Shown here: positions 35,935 to 44,372 of the stretch, in pieces
How positions within the stretch are numbered: position 1 is the first letter of the stretch
How the letters are laid out: each line of letters opens with the position of its first letter
IMG/VR virus record: IMGVR_UViG_642555159_000003
Span: 25,885-89,884 of that record
Direction: 5' to 3' (one strand)
DNA length: 64,000 bases
Source: a virus
Lineage: Duplodnaviria; Caudoviricetes
Notes under the pieces: generated by a model
Told to the model about the DNA's origin: nothing
What the model saw: the letters and a program-made list of their open reading frames with translations, nothing else
Databases searched by the model: none
Translations under genes and position numbers: made by a program

Positions 35935-36738
35935 GTGAAGCTTGAATCTGCGCTCAGACATTTTAGTCCTCAGGGAATGCACATCAGCGACGACGTGAAA
36001 GGAACCTCTCCGGATCGTCTCACCGGTACAGATGTAATGGCGGCTATTGGTACCACCAGCAGCCGCGCGCGGTTTGGTCTGGCCGCTTTCTTCGGAAAGG
36101 CCGGGATCAGCAAAACGGATGAACAACAGGCTGTGCAGGCGCTGGCGCGTCACGCGATGGATACTGCACCGAAGAACGTGCGCAAAGCTGCAGGTGGTGA
36201 ATTTGGCTGGTGTATGCTGGTACTGGCGCAGTTTGCCTTTGCTGAGTATTCCCGTTCGGCAGCTACCAGCGTGACCTGTCACACCTGCAAAGGCAGCGGA
36301 TTAACCTCTCAGTATGAGGATGTGATAAAACATCCTGGAGTCTTCAACTCTGACGGTATGGAAATCGTGCCTCCGAAAATCAAGCACGAACTGGTCAGGC
36401 GTGCATGTGTGGCATGTAACGGTAAAGGTGAGCTGTTCGCCCGGTGCCGTTGCGGTGGAAAAGGTGAAGTGCTCGACCGTATTGCGACAAAAGAAAGAGG
36501 TGTACCGGTGTTCAAAACCTGTGAACGCTGTTCCGGAAATGGTTTTTCTCCGGTACCCTCTACGGCTGCATATAAAGCGATTCTCAGGCGAGTTCCGGAA
36601 TTACATGTCAGAACATGGACCCGCAACTGGAAACCATTCCTGGAGGCGCTGGTAGATATTTGTTACCGGGAAGAGCGTAAGGCTGATGCTGCTTTTCAGA
36701 ATGCGACCAGTTTTAGCGATGATTTCAACAAAATTTAG
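35935..36738 (+). CDS. Late antiterminator Q (Cys-rich Gifsy/Qin type)
   Basis: MKLESALRHFSPQGM...LTGTDVMAAIG, multiple CxxCxGxG motifs, WTRNWKPF. Confidence 0.9.
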   Translation: MKLESALRHFSPQGMHISDDVKGTSPDRLTGTDVMAAIGTTSSRARFGLAAFFGKAGISKTDEQQAVQALARHAMDTAPKNVRKAAGGEFGWCMLVLAQFAFAEYSRSAATSVTCHTCKGSGLTSQYEDVIKHPGVFNSDGMEIVPPKIKHELVRRACVACNGKGELFARCRCGGKGEVLDRIATKERGVPVFKTCERCSGNGFSPVPSTAAYKAILRRVPELHVRTWTRNWKPFLEALVDICYREERKADAAFQNATSFSDDFNKI

Positions 36739-36757
36739 TATTTTCACGACATATAGC

Positions 36758-36796
36758 TTGATTTTGTCTGAAACTGTCGTGTATGCTTCTAATCAT
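36758..36796 (+). promoter_or_regulatory. pR'-like late promoter
   Basis: TTGATT(36758)-18-TATGCT(36782) right after Q with -10-like AATCAT downstream. Confidence 0.55.
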
Positions 36797-36829
36797 GTGA
36801 AGTTGTACCTAAACAAAATGAATCATCGA

Positions 36830-36856
36830 AACCCTGCCGCCTGGTGGGGTTTTTTA
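36830..36856 (+). terminator. tR'-like terminator
   Basis: ACCCTGCC-GCCT-GGTGGGGT + T run ~50 nt after the promoter. Confidence 0.75.
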
Positions 36857-37258
36857 TGACTCACTGTTTATTGATGTTTGTCTGAGATTGTTGCGTTTGT
36901 GTGGATGCTCAATCCAACGGATATTAATACCAGGATGATTTTTATAGAATATCCTTGCTATTTCACGGGCACAGAAATGGATCGAATCAAAAGCGTCTTC
37001 ACCGCTTGAATGCATATATAAAGACAGTGCATCATTGTTAATGAGATAATGCAGCCACACTCCACCGTAATACCAGCACGTGATATTTTTATAATCGACG
37101 GTAGTGGTTCCCTTTTCTTGGTCATTTAACCATTGAATCAGTGTTTCCTCTGTATTCTGATTTGTATCTGAAGTGACAATGGCTTCCAGAAGGACATCAT
37201 TCCTGTATATGTATCTCCTGCCTTCCCAGGAGCGGCTGATTTTATAATATCGGGGCAT
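36854..37258 (-). CDS. Hypothetical moron protein (start 37258, alt. 37282/37321)
   Basis: AT-rich antisense ORF in late leader, convergent on tR'. Confidence 0.7.
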   Translation of the reverse strand: MPRYYKISRSWEGRRYIYRNDVLLEAIVTSDTNQNTEETLIQWLNDQEKGTTTVDYKNITCWYYGGVWLHYLINNDALSLYMHSSGEDAFDSIHFCAREIARIFYKNHPGINIRWIEHPHKRNNLRQTSINSES

Positions 37259-37509
37259 ATTTATTCTCAGATGATTTAGCATTTCTGGTAAAAAACGCTC
37301 ACCGGAGTGAGCGGGCAGCAACTACTATAAAGACACTCGGGAATTACACAGATATTGCTTTTGTTTACCCCTCATAAAGCCGGGCAAAGGTCGCTTTATA
37401 ACTGAGGGGCCTGTGCAGCGGAACACAATCTACAGGTCATTGTTGCCAGACGTGAGCAGATAATTCTTAAAATAATAAACATGGTAAATTATCATGTTAT
37501 GTTATTGCG

Positions 37510-37633
37510 GTTGCAGTGAATCCCCCTGGGCGGTGGGGCGTAACTGGTTTTCAATGGAAATAGCTGTTTATTTGCTACGCGAGTCACGGTATAGCCAGCC
37601 AAAGATTCACCGGGAGGCACCCGGCACTGCAGC
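37510..37633 (+). ncRNA. Four-way-junction structured RNA, copy 1
   Basis: GTTGCAGTG/CACTGCAGC closing stem; CCCC..GGGG; CCGGG-AGGCA-CCCGG; terminator 37662-37687. Confidence 0.65.
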
Positions 37634-37904
37634 ATACTGATAACAAATATAGCGTGTCCCAAAGGCTCACTTCGGTGGGCCTTTTTTACAGGCGAAAAAA
37701 AGCCCGCTACAGAGAGCGGGCACCTGTATCGTCGCAAAATAATGCCAAAGAGATATAAGGTTCTACAAATGTTCCCGTAAAGAACATAGCCTTAATCAAA
37801 ACTTATGTAAACTTTTATCCGTAGTGCAGTAGACCTTCTTGTTTCTTAGAGCGTGGAGGATGTCTGCTGTTAAAGTTTTACTTTAGTAAGCCGATAAAAA
37901 CACA

Positions 37905-38010
37905 GTTATGGTGAATCCCCCTGAGCGGCGGGGCGACCATTCAAATATATGTTCCTCGCGAACCATGTCGACTGGTATGTGGTTCACCGGGAGGCACCGG
38001 GCACCGTAAC
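37905..38010 (+). ncRNA. Four-way-junction structured RNA, copy 2
   Basis: GTTATGGTG/CACCGTAAC closing stem; same internal hairpins. Confidence 0.65.
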
Positions 38011-38016
38011 AACTGA

Positions 38017-38085
38017 CCGCCACTGGCTCACCCGGACAGATTTCTAAGCTGTAGGTACGAGGTTCAACTCCCCGGTGGCGGACCA
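38017..38085 (+). pseudogene. Degenerate tRNA-Arg(UCU) lacking part of D/anticodon arm
   Basis: Perfect CCGCCAC/GTGGCGG acceptor stem + ACCA, GGTTCAACTCC T-arm, TTTCTAA loop; only 69 nt. Confidence 0.7.
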
Positions 38086-38345
38086 TATATCCCGTGTAGA
38101 TCCGCTGGTCACGCGGCGGCGGTGGCCCATCGTTACAGGGCAAATTTCAGGCAGAAAAAAACCGCCTAAGGGAAGGAAGGCGGGCAGTAAATACTGAACT
38201 TGAATAAGAAGTAATATGTCAACACTGGAGGTCTACACACTCAGCAGAATTGTGTAGCCTTCAACACCTTGCCTGATTTTCATGGTTAAGTTAAACAGAT
38301 AAATCCTAAATTAGTAAACCATGTAAATTATCATGTTATGGTAAT

Positions 38346-38464
38346 GATGTTGCGGTGAATCCCGTTAGCACGGGGCATAAATGGTTAACCTGCTTATCAT
38401 GTGTGATGCGAGTCATTGTATAACCATTCAGTGGCTCACCGGGTAGCGTCGGCACTGCAACATC
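38346..38464 (+). ncRNA. Four-way-junction structured RNA, copy 3
   Basis: GATGTTGCGGTG/CACTGCAACATC closing stem; CCCG/CGGG; AATGGTTA/TAACCATT; terminator 38487-38514. Confidence 0.65.
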
Positions 38465-38561
38465 TACTCTACTCATTACTTAACTCAAGGCTACTTCGGT
38501 AGCCTTTTCTTTTCCACTCACCCGATACCCGGGTAAACAGTCTCCCGGACAGGGGGAGGTC

Positions 38562-38906
38562 ATGAAAATGCACTTTGATCCCCATTCGTGGGACAGTTGG
38601 ATCGAACTTTTTCAAAGCTGGTGGCGGGGAGACGTACCCATTGGCGGCGTTGTTATGGCAATCGTTGTTGCGTTTTTCCGCATGGTCTATAACGGCAGCA
38701 GCTGGAAAGAAACGCTGTTTGAAGGGTTGCTGTGTGGTTCCCTGACCCTGACGGCGGTTTCTGCGCTGGATTATTTTGATGTGCCGAAAAGTCTGACAAT
38801 AGCCATTGGCGGCACTATCGGGTTTATCGGCGTGAAGAAAATCAGCACCATCATTTCAACGTATTTCAGTAACCGCTTTGGCGGTGGCAACCCCCCACAG
38901 GTTTAA
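38562..38906 (+). CDS. Holin (lambda-type) with Met-Lys-Met dual start
   Basis: MKM start, three hydrophobic segments, GGFIG-like IGFIGV motif. Confidence 0.9.
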   Translation: MKMHFDPHSWDSWIELFQSWWRGDVPIGGVVMAIVVAFFRMVYNGSSWKETLFEGLLCGSLTLTAVSALDYFDVPKSLTIAIGGTIGFIGVKKISTIISTYFSNRFGGGNPPQV

Positions 38907-38908
38907 TC

Positions 38909-39523
38909 ATGAATGAGTCACAATTTCAGCAGGCGGCTGGTATCAGCGCCAGGCTTTCTGCGCGCTGGTATCCACACATTGATGCGGCAATGAGCGAATT
39001 CGGTATTACTGCTCCACTGGATCAGGCAATGTTCATTGCTCAGGCGGGACATGAAAGCGCTGGTTTTACAAGGCTGGTGGAGAGCTTCAATTATTCGGTG
39101 GAGGCGCTGAAGAAGACGTTTGGTAAACGCCTGACGCCGTATCAGTGCGAAATGCTGGGGCGTATTGATGATCGCCAGGTTGCCCACCAGCCGCAAATAG
39201 CCAATCTGGTTTACGGTGGCCGCATGGGTAACAAAGACGCCGGAGATGGCTGGAAGTATCGCGGGCGTGGGCTTATCCAGATTACCGGGCTGGAGAATTA
39301 CACCAGATGTGGCGTTGCCCTGAAACTGGATCTGGTGGCGAATCCGGGACAGCTTGAGCTGGAAAGTCATGCCGCCCGATCCGCAGCGTGGTTTTTTGTG
39401 ACTAGAGGGTGTCTGAAATACTCCGGCGACCTGGTACGTGTTACGCAGATCATCAACGGAGGGCAGAACGGCATCGGTGACAGGCGAGAGCGCTTTGAAA
39501 AAGCAAAATCGGTGCTGGTATGA
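38909..39523 (+). CDS. Endolysin, glycoside hydrolase family 19
   Basis: [30 protein letters not shown] motifs. Confidence 0.92.
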   Translation: MNESQFQQAAGISARLSARWYPHIDAAMSEFGITAPLDQAMFIAQAGHESAGFTRLVESFNYSVEALKKTFGKRLTPYQCEMLGRIDDRQVAHQPQIANLVYGGRMGNKDAGDGWKYRGRGLIQITGLENYTRCGVALKLDLVANPGQLELESHAARSAAWFFVTRGCLKYSGDLVRVTQIINGGQNGIGDRRERFEKAKSVLV

Positions 39524-40056
39524 CTCTGTTACCTGCTCTTCTGAAAAGATACTGGTTGCAGCTGGTCTTTATTTTGCTGATGGCTGGTACGTTTATCGCC
39601 GGTAATGTCTGGAGTGACAGGGGCTGGCAAAAAAAATGGGCAGAACGCGACAGCGCTGAATCCTCTCAGGAGGTCAACGCCCAGACCGCCGCCCGTATTA
39701 TTGAACAGGGCCGCATTATTGCCCGTGATGAGGCTGTAAAAGATGCACAAGCACAAGCCGCTAAATCTGCTGCCACTGCTGCTGGCCTGTCTGCCACTGT
39801 TAGCCAGTTGCGCACCGAAGCAACAAAGCTTGCCGCCCGCCTGGACGCCGCAAAACACACCGCAGATCTTGCCGCTTCCGTCAGAAGCAAAACAACCGAC
39901 GCCACCGCCGGAATGCTTGCCGACATGCTCGGAGATATTGCAGCAGAAGCTAAACGATATGCTGCAATCGCTGACGAACGCTACCAGGCAGGAGTGACGT
40001 GTGAGCGTATTTACGAGTCTGTGAGGCAGTCGAATAACAACAGGGTTACACGATGA
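39520..40056 (+). CDS. Inner-membrane spanin (Rz-like)
   Basis: N-terminal TM + coiled coil; C-terminal TCERIY. Confidence 0.85.
   Translation: MTLLPALLKRYWLQLVFILLMAGTFIAGNVWSDRGWQKKWAERDSAESSQEVNAQTAARIIEQGRIIARDEAVKDAQAQAAKSAATAAGLSATVSQLRTEATKLAARLDAAKHTADLAASVRSKTTDATAGMLADMLGDIAAEAKRYAAIADERYQAGVTCERIYESVRQSNNNRVTR
39743..39997 (+). CDS. Outer-membrane spanin lipoprotein (Rz1-like), embedded
   Basis: LASC lipobox, Pro-rich, in alternate frame inside Rz. Confidence 0.8.
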   Translation: MHKHKPLNLLPLLLACLPLLASCAPKQQSLPPAWTPQNTPQILPLPSEAKQPTPPPECLPTCSEILQQKLNDMLQSLTNATRQE

Positions 40057-40304
40057 ACGTAGAAAACCTAAGTGAAGCGTATTACCTCAATAACGATATA
40101 AAAGAACTACAGCGTCAGAAAAGCATACTGGAAAGTGGTGATGGGCTTGGTGTGACAATCCAGTCTACCTACCAGGATAATGCCTTTCTCGATGCCATTC
40201 GCCCACATGCAGTGGCTGAACTTAATCGCCGGATTGAGGAAAAGAAAGCCGTGCTGGTTAGTTTTGGCATCTCATTCACTACTAAGCCATCAAACATCCA
40301 ATGA
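40053..40304 (+). CDS. Hypothetical phage protein
   Basis: ATGA overlap with Rz; 83 aa. Confidence 0.65.
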   Translation: MNVENLSEAYYLNNDIKELQRQKSILESGDGLGVTIQSTYQDNAFLDAIRPHAVAELNRRIEEKKAVLVSFGISFTTKPSNIQ

Positions 40305-40376
40305 CTACCTGCGTGAATACTTGGAATGGCTTAGACTAAGATGTAATCTGTAACTTCTTGTTATGAAATGGAGGTT

Positions 40377-40913
40377 ATGATGTCACTTGAAAAGGCTAAA
40401 AATCTAGAAGACTTGAAAGCTCGTGCGCAAAAGATAATTGCTGAAAGAAATGCGGTAGTTGAACAACAAAGACCTTTGGCTATAAAGTCCGCTCTCAAAG
40501 AGATCGCTGAATATTTTCTATCTCAAGACTTCACAGTAACTTATTCACCGACGCGCGCGCGCTCATTTACTGCGAAATACAATGAAATAGAAGTCATTGT
40601 AACGTCTACAGATGATAATGAGAGTTTTTTTGGAGCTGACTATGAGATATGTCTTGAGTATGGACAGAAAAAACTTGCAGCTCGATTATTAGTAAACAGA
40701 GGTACTGATATTAGGGGGCCAAACTCCGGTGATATTGATTCACAAATTGATGATTATAAAAATCGCTATTTACCAGAGATTGAAGCATTAAGCCTAAATG
40801 AACTTGACGGTACATACAAACTTTATTCTTTTGTTAAAGCCAATTCAGGTCATAGAGTTGAAAATTACACGGATGGAAAACAACTCGTAGAAAAATTATT
40901 TGAAGGTATTTAG
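40377..40913 (+). CDS. AT-rich hypothetical moron protein
   Basis: GGAGG RBS; own terminator AAGCCACTA...TAGTGGCTT+T at ~40955-40985. Confidence 0.75.
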   Translation: MMSLEKAKNLEDLKARAQKIIAERNAVVEQQRPLAIKSALKEIAEYFLSQDFTVTYSPTRARSFTAKYNEIEVIVTSTDDNESFFGADYEICLEYGQKKLAARLLVNRGTDIRGPNSGDIDSQIDDYKNRYLPEIEALSLNELDGTYKLYSFVKANSGHRVENYTDGKQLVEKLFEGI

Positions 40914-41370
40914 TAAAGATTATTTAATCGAATATTAATTATAGCTAACTGATAAAGCCACTAACACATGTAGTGGCTTTTTTTATACGCATCGCATGCA
41001 CCGCTCAAGGAGAGTCTTTCAGTAGTGAGACCGGTTCAACGTTTACTCCTAGTACTCCTAGCGGCTTTGCCGTGCGACAGACTCACGCCTGAAAGGAAAT
41101 GAAAATTAACGACACTCACCCGAGGCTGATTGCCCGGAAGGGCAGATGTCAGTATTTGCTGGTACAACGCCCCAGTAGGATCCTGCAGGACCTGCGCATG
41201 CAGAAAGCAGAAGAATTGAAATTAATGCAAAATATTTCACGATACTGTTCCTTATTTATGAATTAATGATGCTCAAACCGATCTGTAACTGTTTGATTAC
41301 ACTTATATCATCAGATGGGGTTGGATGAAAACCATCAGTGAAGAAGGTACTCCTGGGGGAGAGCGCCGCC

Positions 41371-41389
41371 ACGGGGCGGCAGCGGCGCG
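41371..41389 (+). other. Probable cosN site
   Basis: ACG-GGGCGGCAGCGG-CGCG aligns with lambda cosN ACG-GGGCGGCGACCT-CGCG; ~180 bp upstream of terS. Confidence 0.6.
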
Positions 41390-41570
41390 GGATTTGGCAC
41401 ATTTTTGGATTTTCATGGGGACACCACCATGTGTCATAACTTCATGTTTTTATTTGTTTAATTTCAATTTCACCTGTCCATTTGTGTTAAGCAAAGGACA
41501 TCTGACCAGTATGTAATGCATTGTTTGCGCAAAGAAATGTGTATTTTCAGCTGGTGCGTTGAGGTGGGGA

Positions 41571-42068
41571 ATGTCTGACATCAGCAATATCAGGGATGTT
41601 TACAACTGGAGCATCGCCAAAATTGCAGAGGCTTTCGCACTGGACAGAAAGGCCGTAAAACGCAAATTACTTGACGCCAACATTCCTGTAGCAAACACCA
41701 TCCGGGGAAATCCTGTTTACAACCTGAGGGATGTTGGTCCCGCACTTTTTGGTTCGCCAGCTTCTGCCGACCCTGACGATATTCACGACCCCTCAAAAAT
41801 GGAACCCAAAGACCGTAAAGACTGGTTTCAGTCAGAGAATGAGCGGGTAAAACTTGAGGTTTCCACCAGACAACTTGTCCACGGTGATGAGGTGAGGGAG
41901 CAGTTATCCTGCATTGTTAAAGCCGTTACCCAGGTGCTGGATACCTGGCCCGACAAGCTGGAACGCGACAAAGGATGGAATGTGGCACAAATCGATGAAG
42001 CCCAGAGTATGGTTGATGAGCTTCGCGACACTCTGGCCGATGAGGTTATCAATTATGAGAACGAATAA
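41571..42068 (+). CDS. Terminase small subunit (DUF1441-like)
   Basis: WSIAKIAEAFALDRKAV wHTH; DRKDWFQSENERVKLE. Confidence 0.85.
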   Translation: MSDISNIRDVYNWSIAKIAEAFALDRKAVKRKLLDANIPVANTIRGNPVYNLRDVGPALFGSPASADPDDIHDPSKMEPKDRKDWFQSENERVKLEVSTRQLVHGDEVREQLSCIVKAVTQVLDTWPDKLERDKGWNVAQIDEAQSMVDELRDTLADEVINYENE

Positions 42069-44169
42069 TCCAGGTGCTGCATCTGTTGCTCAGATTCGTC
42101 GGGAGGTTGCGGAGTTGCTGCGTCCACCTCGCCGGATCCCCGTTGCTGATGCCGTCAGGCAGTTTATGCGTGTACCAAACGGCTCTAATACGTCAATGCC
42201 CTGGGAGTCAACGCTTACACCCTACATGCTTGAACCCATGAATGTGCTGGCAAAGCGAGAGTATGACGCGGTGATCTTCGCCGGACCAGCTCGAACAGGT
42301 AAAACTCTCGGGCTGATTGACGGGTGGATTGTTTACGGTATTGTCTGCGATCCGGCGGATATGCTGGTGGTTCAGATGACCGAAACCAAAGCGCGCGAGC
42401 ACTCCAAAACCCGTCTGGCGCGTACATTTCGCCACAGCCCGGAAGTCAGAAAACGGCTCAGCCCGACGAGAAATGACAACAACGTCCACGACAAAATGTT
42501 TCGTGATGGTTCATTCCTGAAAATTGGCTGGCCGTCCATAACCGTTTTTTCTTCGTCGGATTACAAGCGGGTAGCGCTGACCGACTATGACCGTTTTCCT
42601 GAAGATATCGATGGCGAGGGGGATGGCTTTTCCCTGGCGTCCAAACGTACCACCACCTTTATGTCAGCGGGGATGACGCTGGCGGAAAGCTCGCCCGGTC
42701 GCGAAATCACCGATGTGAAATGGCGGCGTTCTTCGCCGCACGAGGCCCCGCCCACGACAGGCATTCTTTCTCTTTATAACCGGGGCGATCGCCGTCGGTG
42801 GTACTGGCCCTGTCCACACTGCGGCGACTGGTTCCAGCCCGCGATGGAAAACATGGTGGGGTATCGGGATAACCCGGACCTGATGGCCGCCAGCGAGGCT
42901 GCGCGTATTCAGTGCCCACATTGTCTGGCATTAATTCAGCCGGAACAGAAACGCGGGCTGAATAACCGCGGCGTCTGGCTGAAAGAGGGGCAGTTCATCA
43001 ATAAAGATGGCGGGATAAGTGGGGAGGCACGGCGCTCACGTATCGCAAGTTTCTGGATGGAGGGACCGGCTGCGGCGTATCAGACGTGGCAGCAACTGGT
43101 CTATAAACTGCTGACCGCGGAAGAAGAATATGAGCGCACCGGCAGTGAAGAAACGCTGAAGGCCGTTATTAATACAGACTGGGGACTGCCTTACCTCCCG
43201 CGCATATCCCTCGATCAACGTAAAGCCGAAACGCTGATAGCCCGCGCAGAAAAACTTCCCCCACGGCGGGTGCCCGACGGTGTCCGTTTCCTTGTCGCTA
43301 CTGTTGACGTTCAGGGCGGTAAAAAGCGCCGTTTCGTCGTGCAGGTGGTCGGTTATGGCAGTCATGGTGAGCGCTGGATTGTGGACCGTTTCAATATCAC
43401 CCGGTCACTACGCTGTGATGAGAGCGGCGAGGCCCTGCAGATAAACCCCGGCGCGTATCCGGAAGACTGGCATTTACTGATTACGGATGTCCTCGAAAGG
43501 GCCTGGCCTCTGGTCGGGGATCCTGAGCAGGAAATGAGTGTGTTATGCATGGGGGTGGACTCCGGCGGGGAGGATGGCGTCACGGATAACGCGTATGCGT
43601 TCTGGCGCCACTGCCGGCGGGAAGGGCTTGCCGGTCGGGTGTATCTCTTTAAGGGGGACAGTACCGCGCGGTCAAAAATATTCTCCAAAAGCTATCCCAA
43701 CAATACCGGGCGCAGTGACCGACAGGCCCGCGCCTGCGGCGAAGTTCCGCTCTATCTCCTGCAGACCAATGCACTTAAAGACCGGATCGCCTCCGCCCTC
43801 GACCGTAAAGAGCCGGGGGCAAACTACGTGCATATTCCTGACTGGCTGGGCGACTGGTTTTTTGAAGAACTGACCTACGAAGAGCGTGGCATGGATGGCA
43901 GGTGGACGAAGCCTGGTAAAGGCGCAAACGAGGCGCTGGATTTACTCTGCTATGCCCATGCCCTGGTAATGATCCGCGGCTATGAACGTATCAACTGGGA
44001 TAATCCGCCGCCCTGGGCGCGCCTGCCTGAGCCTGCACAATCCAGCCGCAACACATCAGCAGCAGTAGACCCTGAACCTGTGACGGATGAGAGTGAAAAT
44101 CACGAAATGACAGAACAACACAACCCGGCAGTGCCGTTTGGCGGCGTGTCCGGCGGAGGCTGGTTATGA
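42055..44169 (+). CDS. Terminase large subunit (lambda gpA family)
   Basis: GPARTGKT Walker A, LTDYDR Walker B, CPHC, VDVQG, NEALDLLCYA. Confidence 0.95.
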   Translation: MRTNNPGAASVAQIRREVAELLRPPRRIPVADAVRQFMRVPNGSNTSMPWESTLTPYMLEPMNVLAKREYDAVIFAGPARTGKTLGLIDGWIVYGIVCDPADMLVVQMTETKAREHSKTRLARTFRHSPEVRKRLSPTRNDNNVHDKMFRDGSFLKIGWPSITVFSSSDYKRVALTDYDRFPEDIDGEGDGFSLASKRTTTFMSAGMTLAESSPGREITDVKWRRSSPHEAPPTTGILSLYNRGDRRRWYWPCPHCGDWFQPAMENMVGYRDNPDLMAASEAARIQCPHCLALIQPEQKRGLNNRGVWLKEGQFINKDGGISGEARRSRIASFWMEGPAAAYQTWQQLVYKLLTAEEEYERTGSEETLKAVINTDWGLPYLPRISLDQRKAETLIARAEKLPPRRVPDGVRFLVATVDVQGGKKRRFVVQVVGYGSHGERWIVDRFNITRSLRCDESGEALQINPGAYPEDWHLLITDVLERAWPLVGDPEQEMSVLCMGVDSGGEDGVTDNAYAFWRHCRREGLAGRVYLFKGDSTARSKIFSKSYPNNTGRSDRQARACGEVPLYLLQTNALKDRIASALDRKEPGANYVHIPDWLGDWFFEELTYEERGMDGRWTKPGKGANEALDLLCYAHALVMIRGYERINWDNPPPWARLPEPAQSSRNTSAAVDPEPVTDESENHEMTEQHNPAVPFGGVSGGGWL

Positions 44170-44372
44170 CCCGGGAACAGTTACTGCAACTTCAGCAGGC
44201 TTATTTTGACGCGGAACTTGCCGTGCTTCAGGGGAAATCCATCACCCTGAACGGACAGTCAATGACGATGGAAAGCCTCGGGGATATTCGCCGGGGGCGT
44301 AAGGAGATAGAGGATCGCCTGCGGCTGATGGACTGCGATCGACAACTCCATTCACTGGCGAGGTTCACATGA
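44166..44372 (+). CDS. Head-tail joining protein (gpW-like)
   Basis: 68 aa between terL and portal. Confidence 0.75.
   Translation: MTREQLLQLQQAYFDAELAVLQGKSITLNGQSMTMESLGDIRRGRKEIEDRLRLMDCDRQLHSLARFT

Noticed and set aside
24619-36738. CI-like repressor (HTH + S24 peptidase) for element 2
   Set aside because: No ORF on either strand shows the HTH-XRE plus Ala-Gly/Ser-Lys autocleavage pattern; absence is by eye and needs HMM confirmation.
37476-37500. PhoP box in TAAAC/TAAAT repeats upstream of RNA copies 1 and 3
   Set aside because: Half-sites are 9 bp apart rather than the 11-bp PhoP period.
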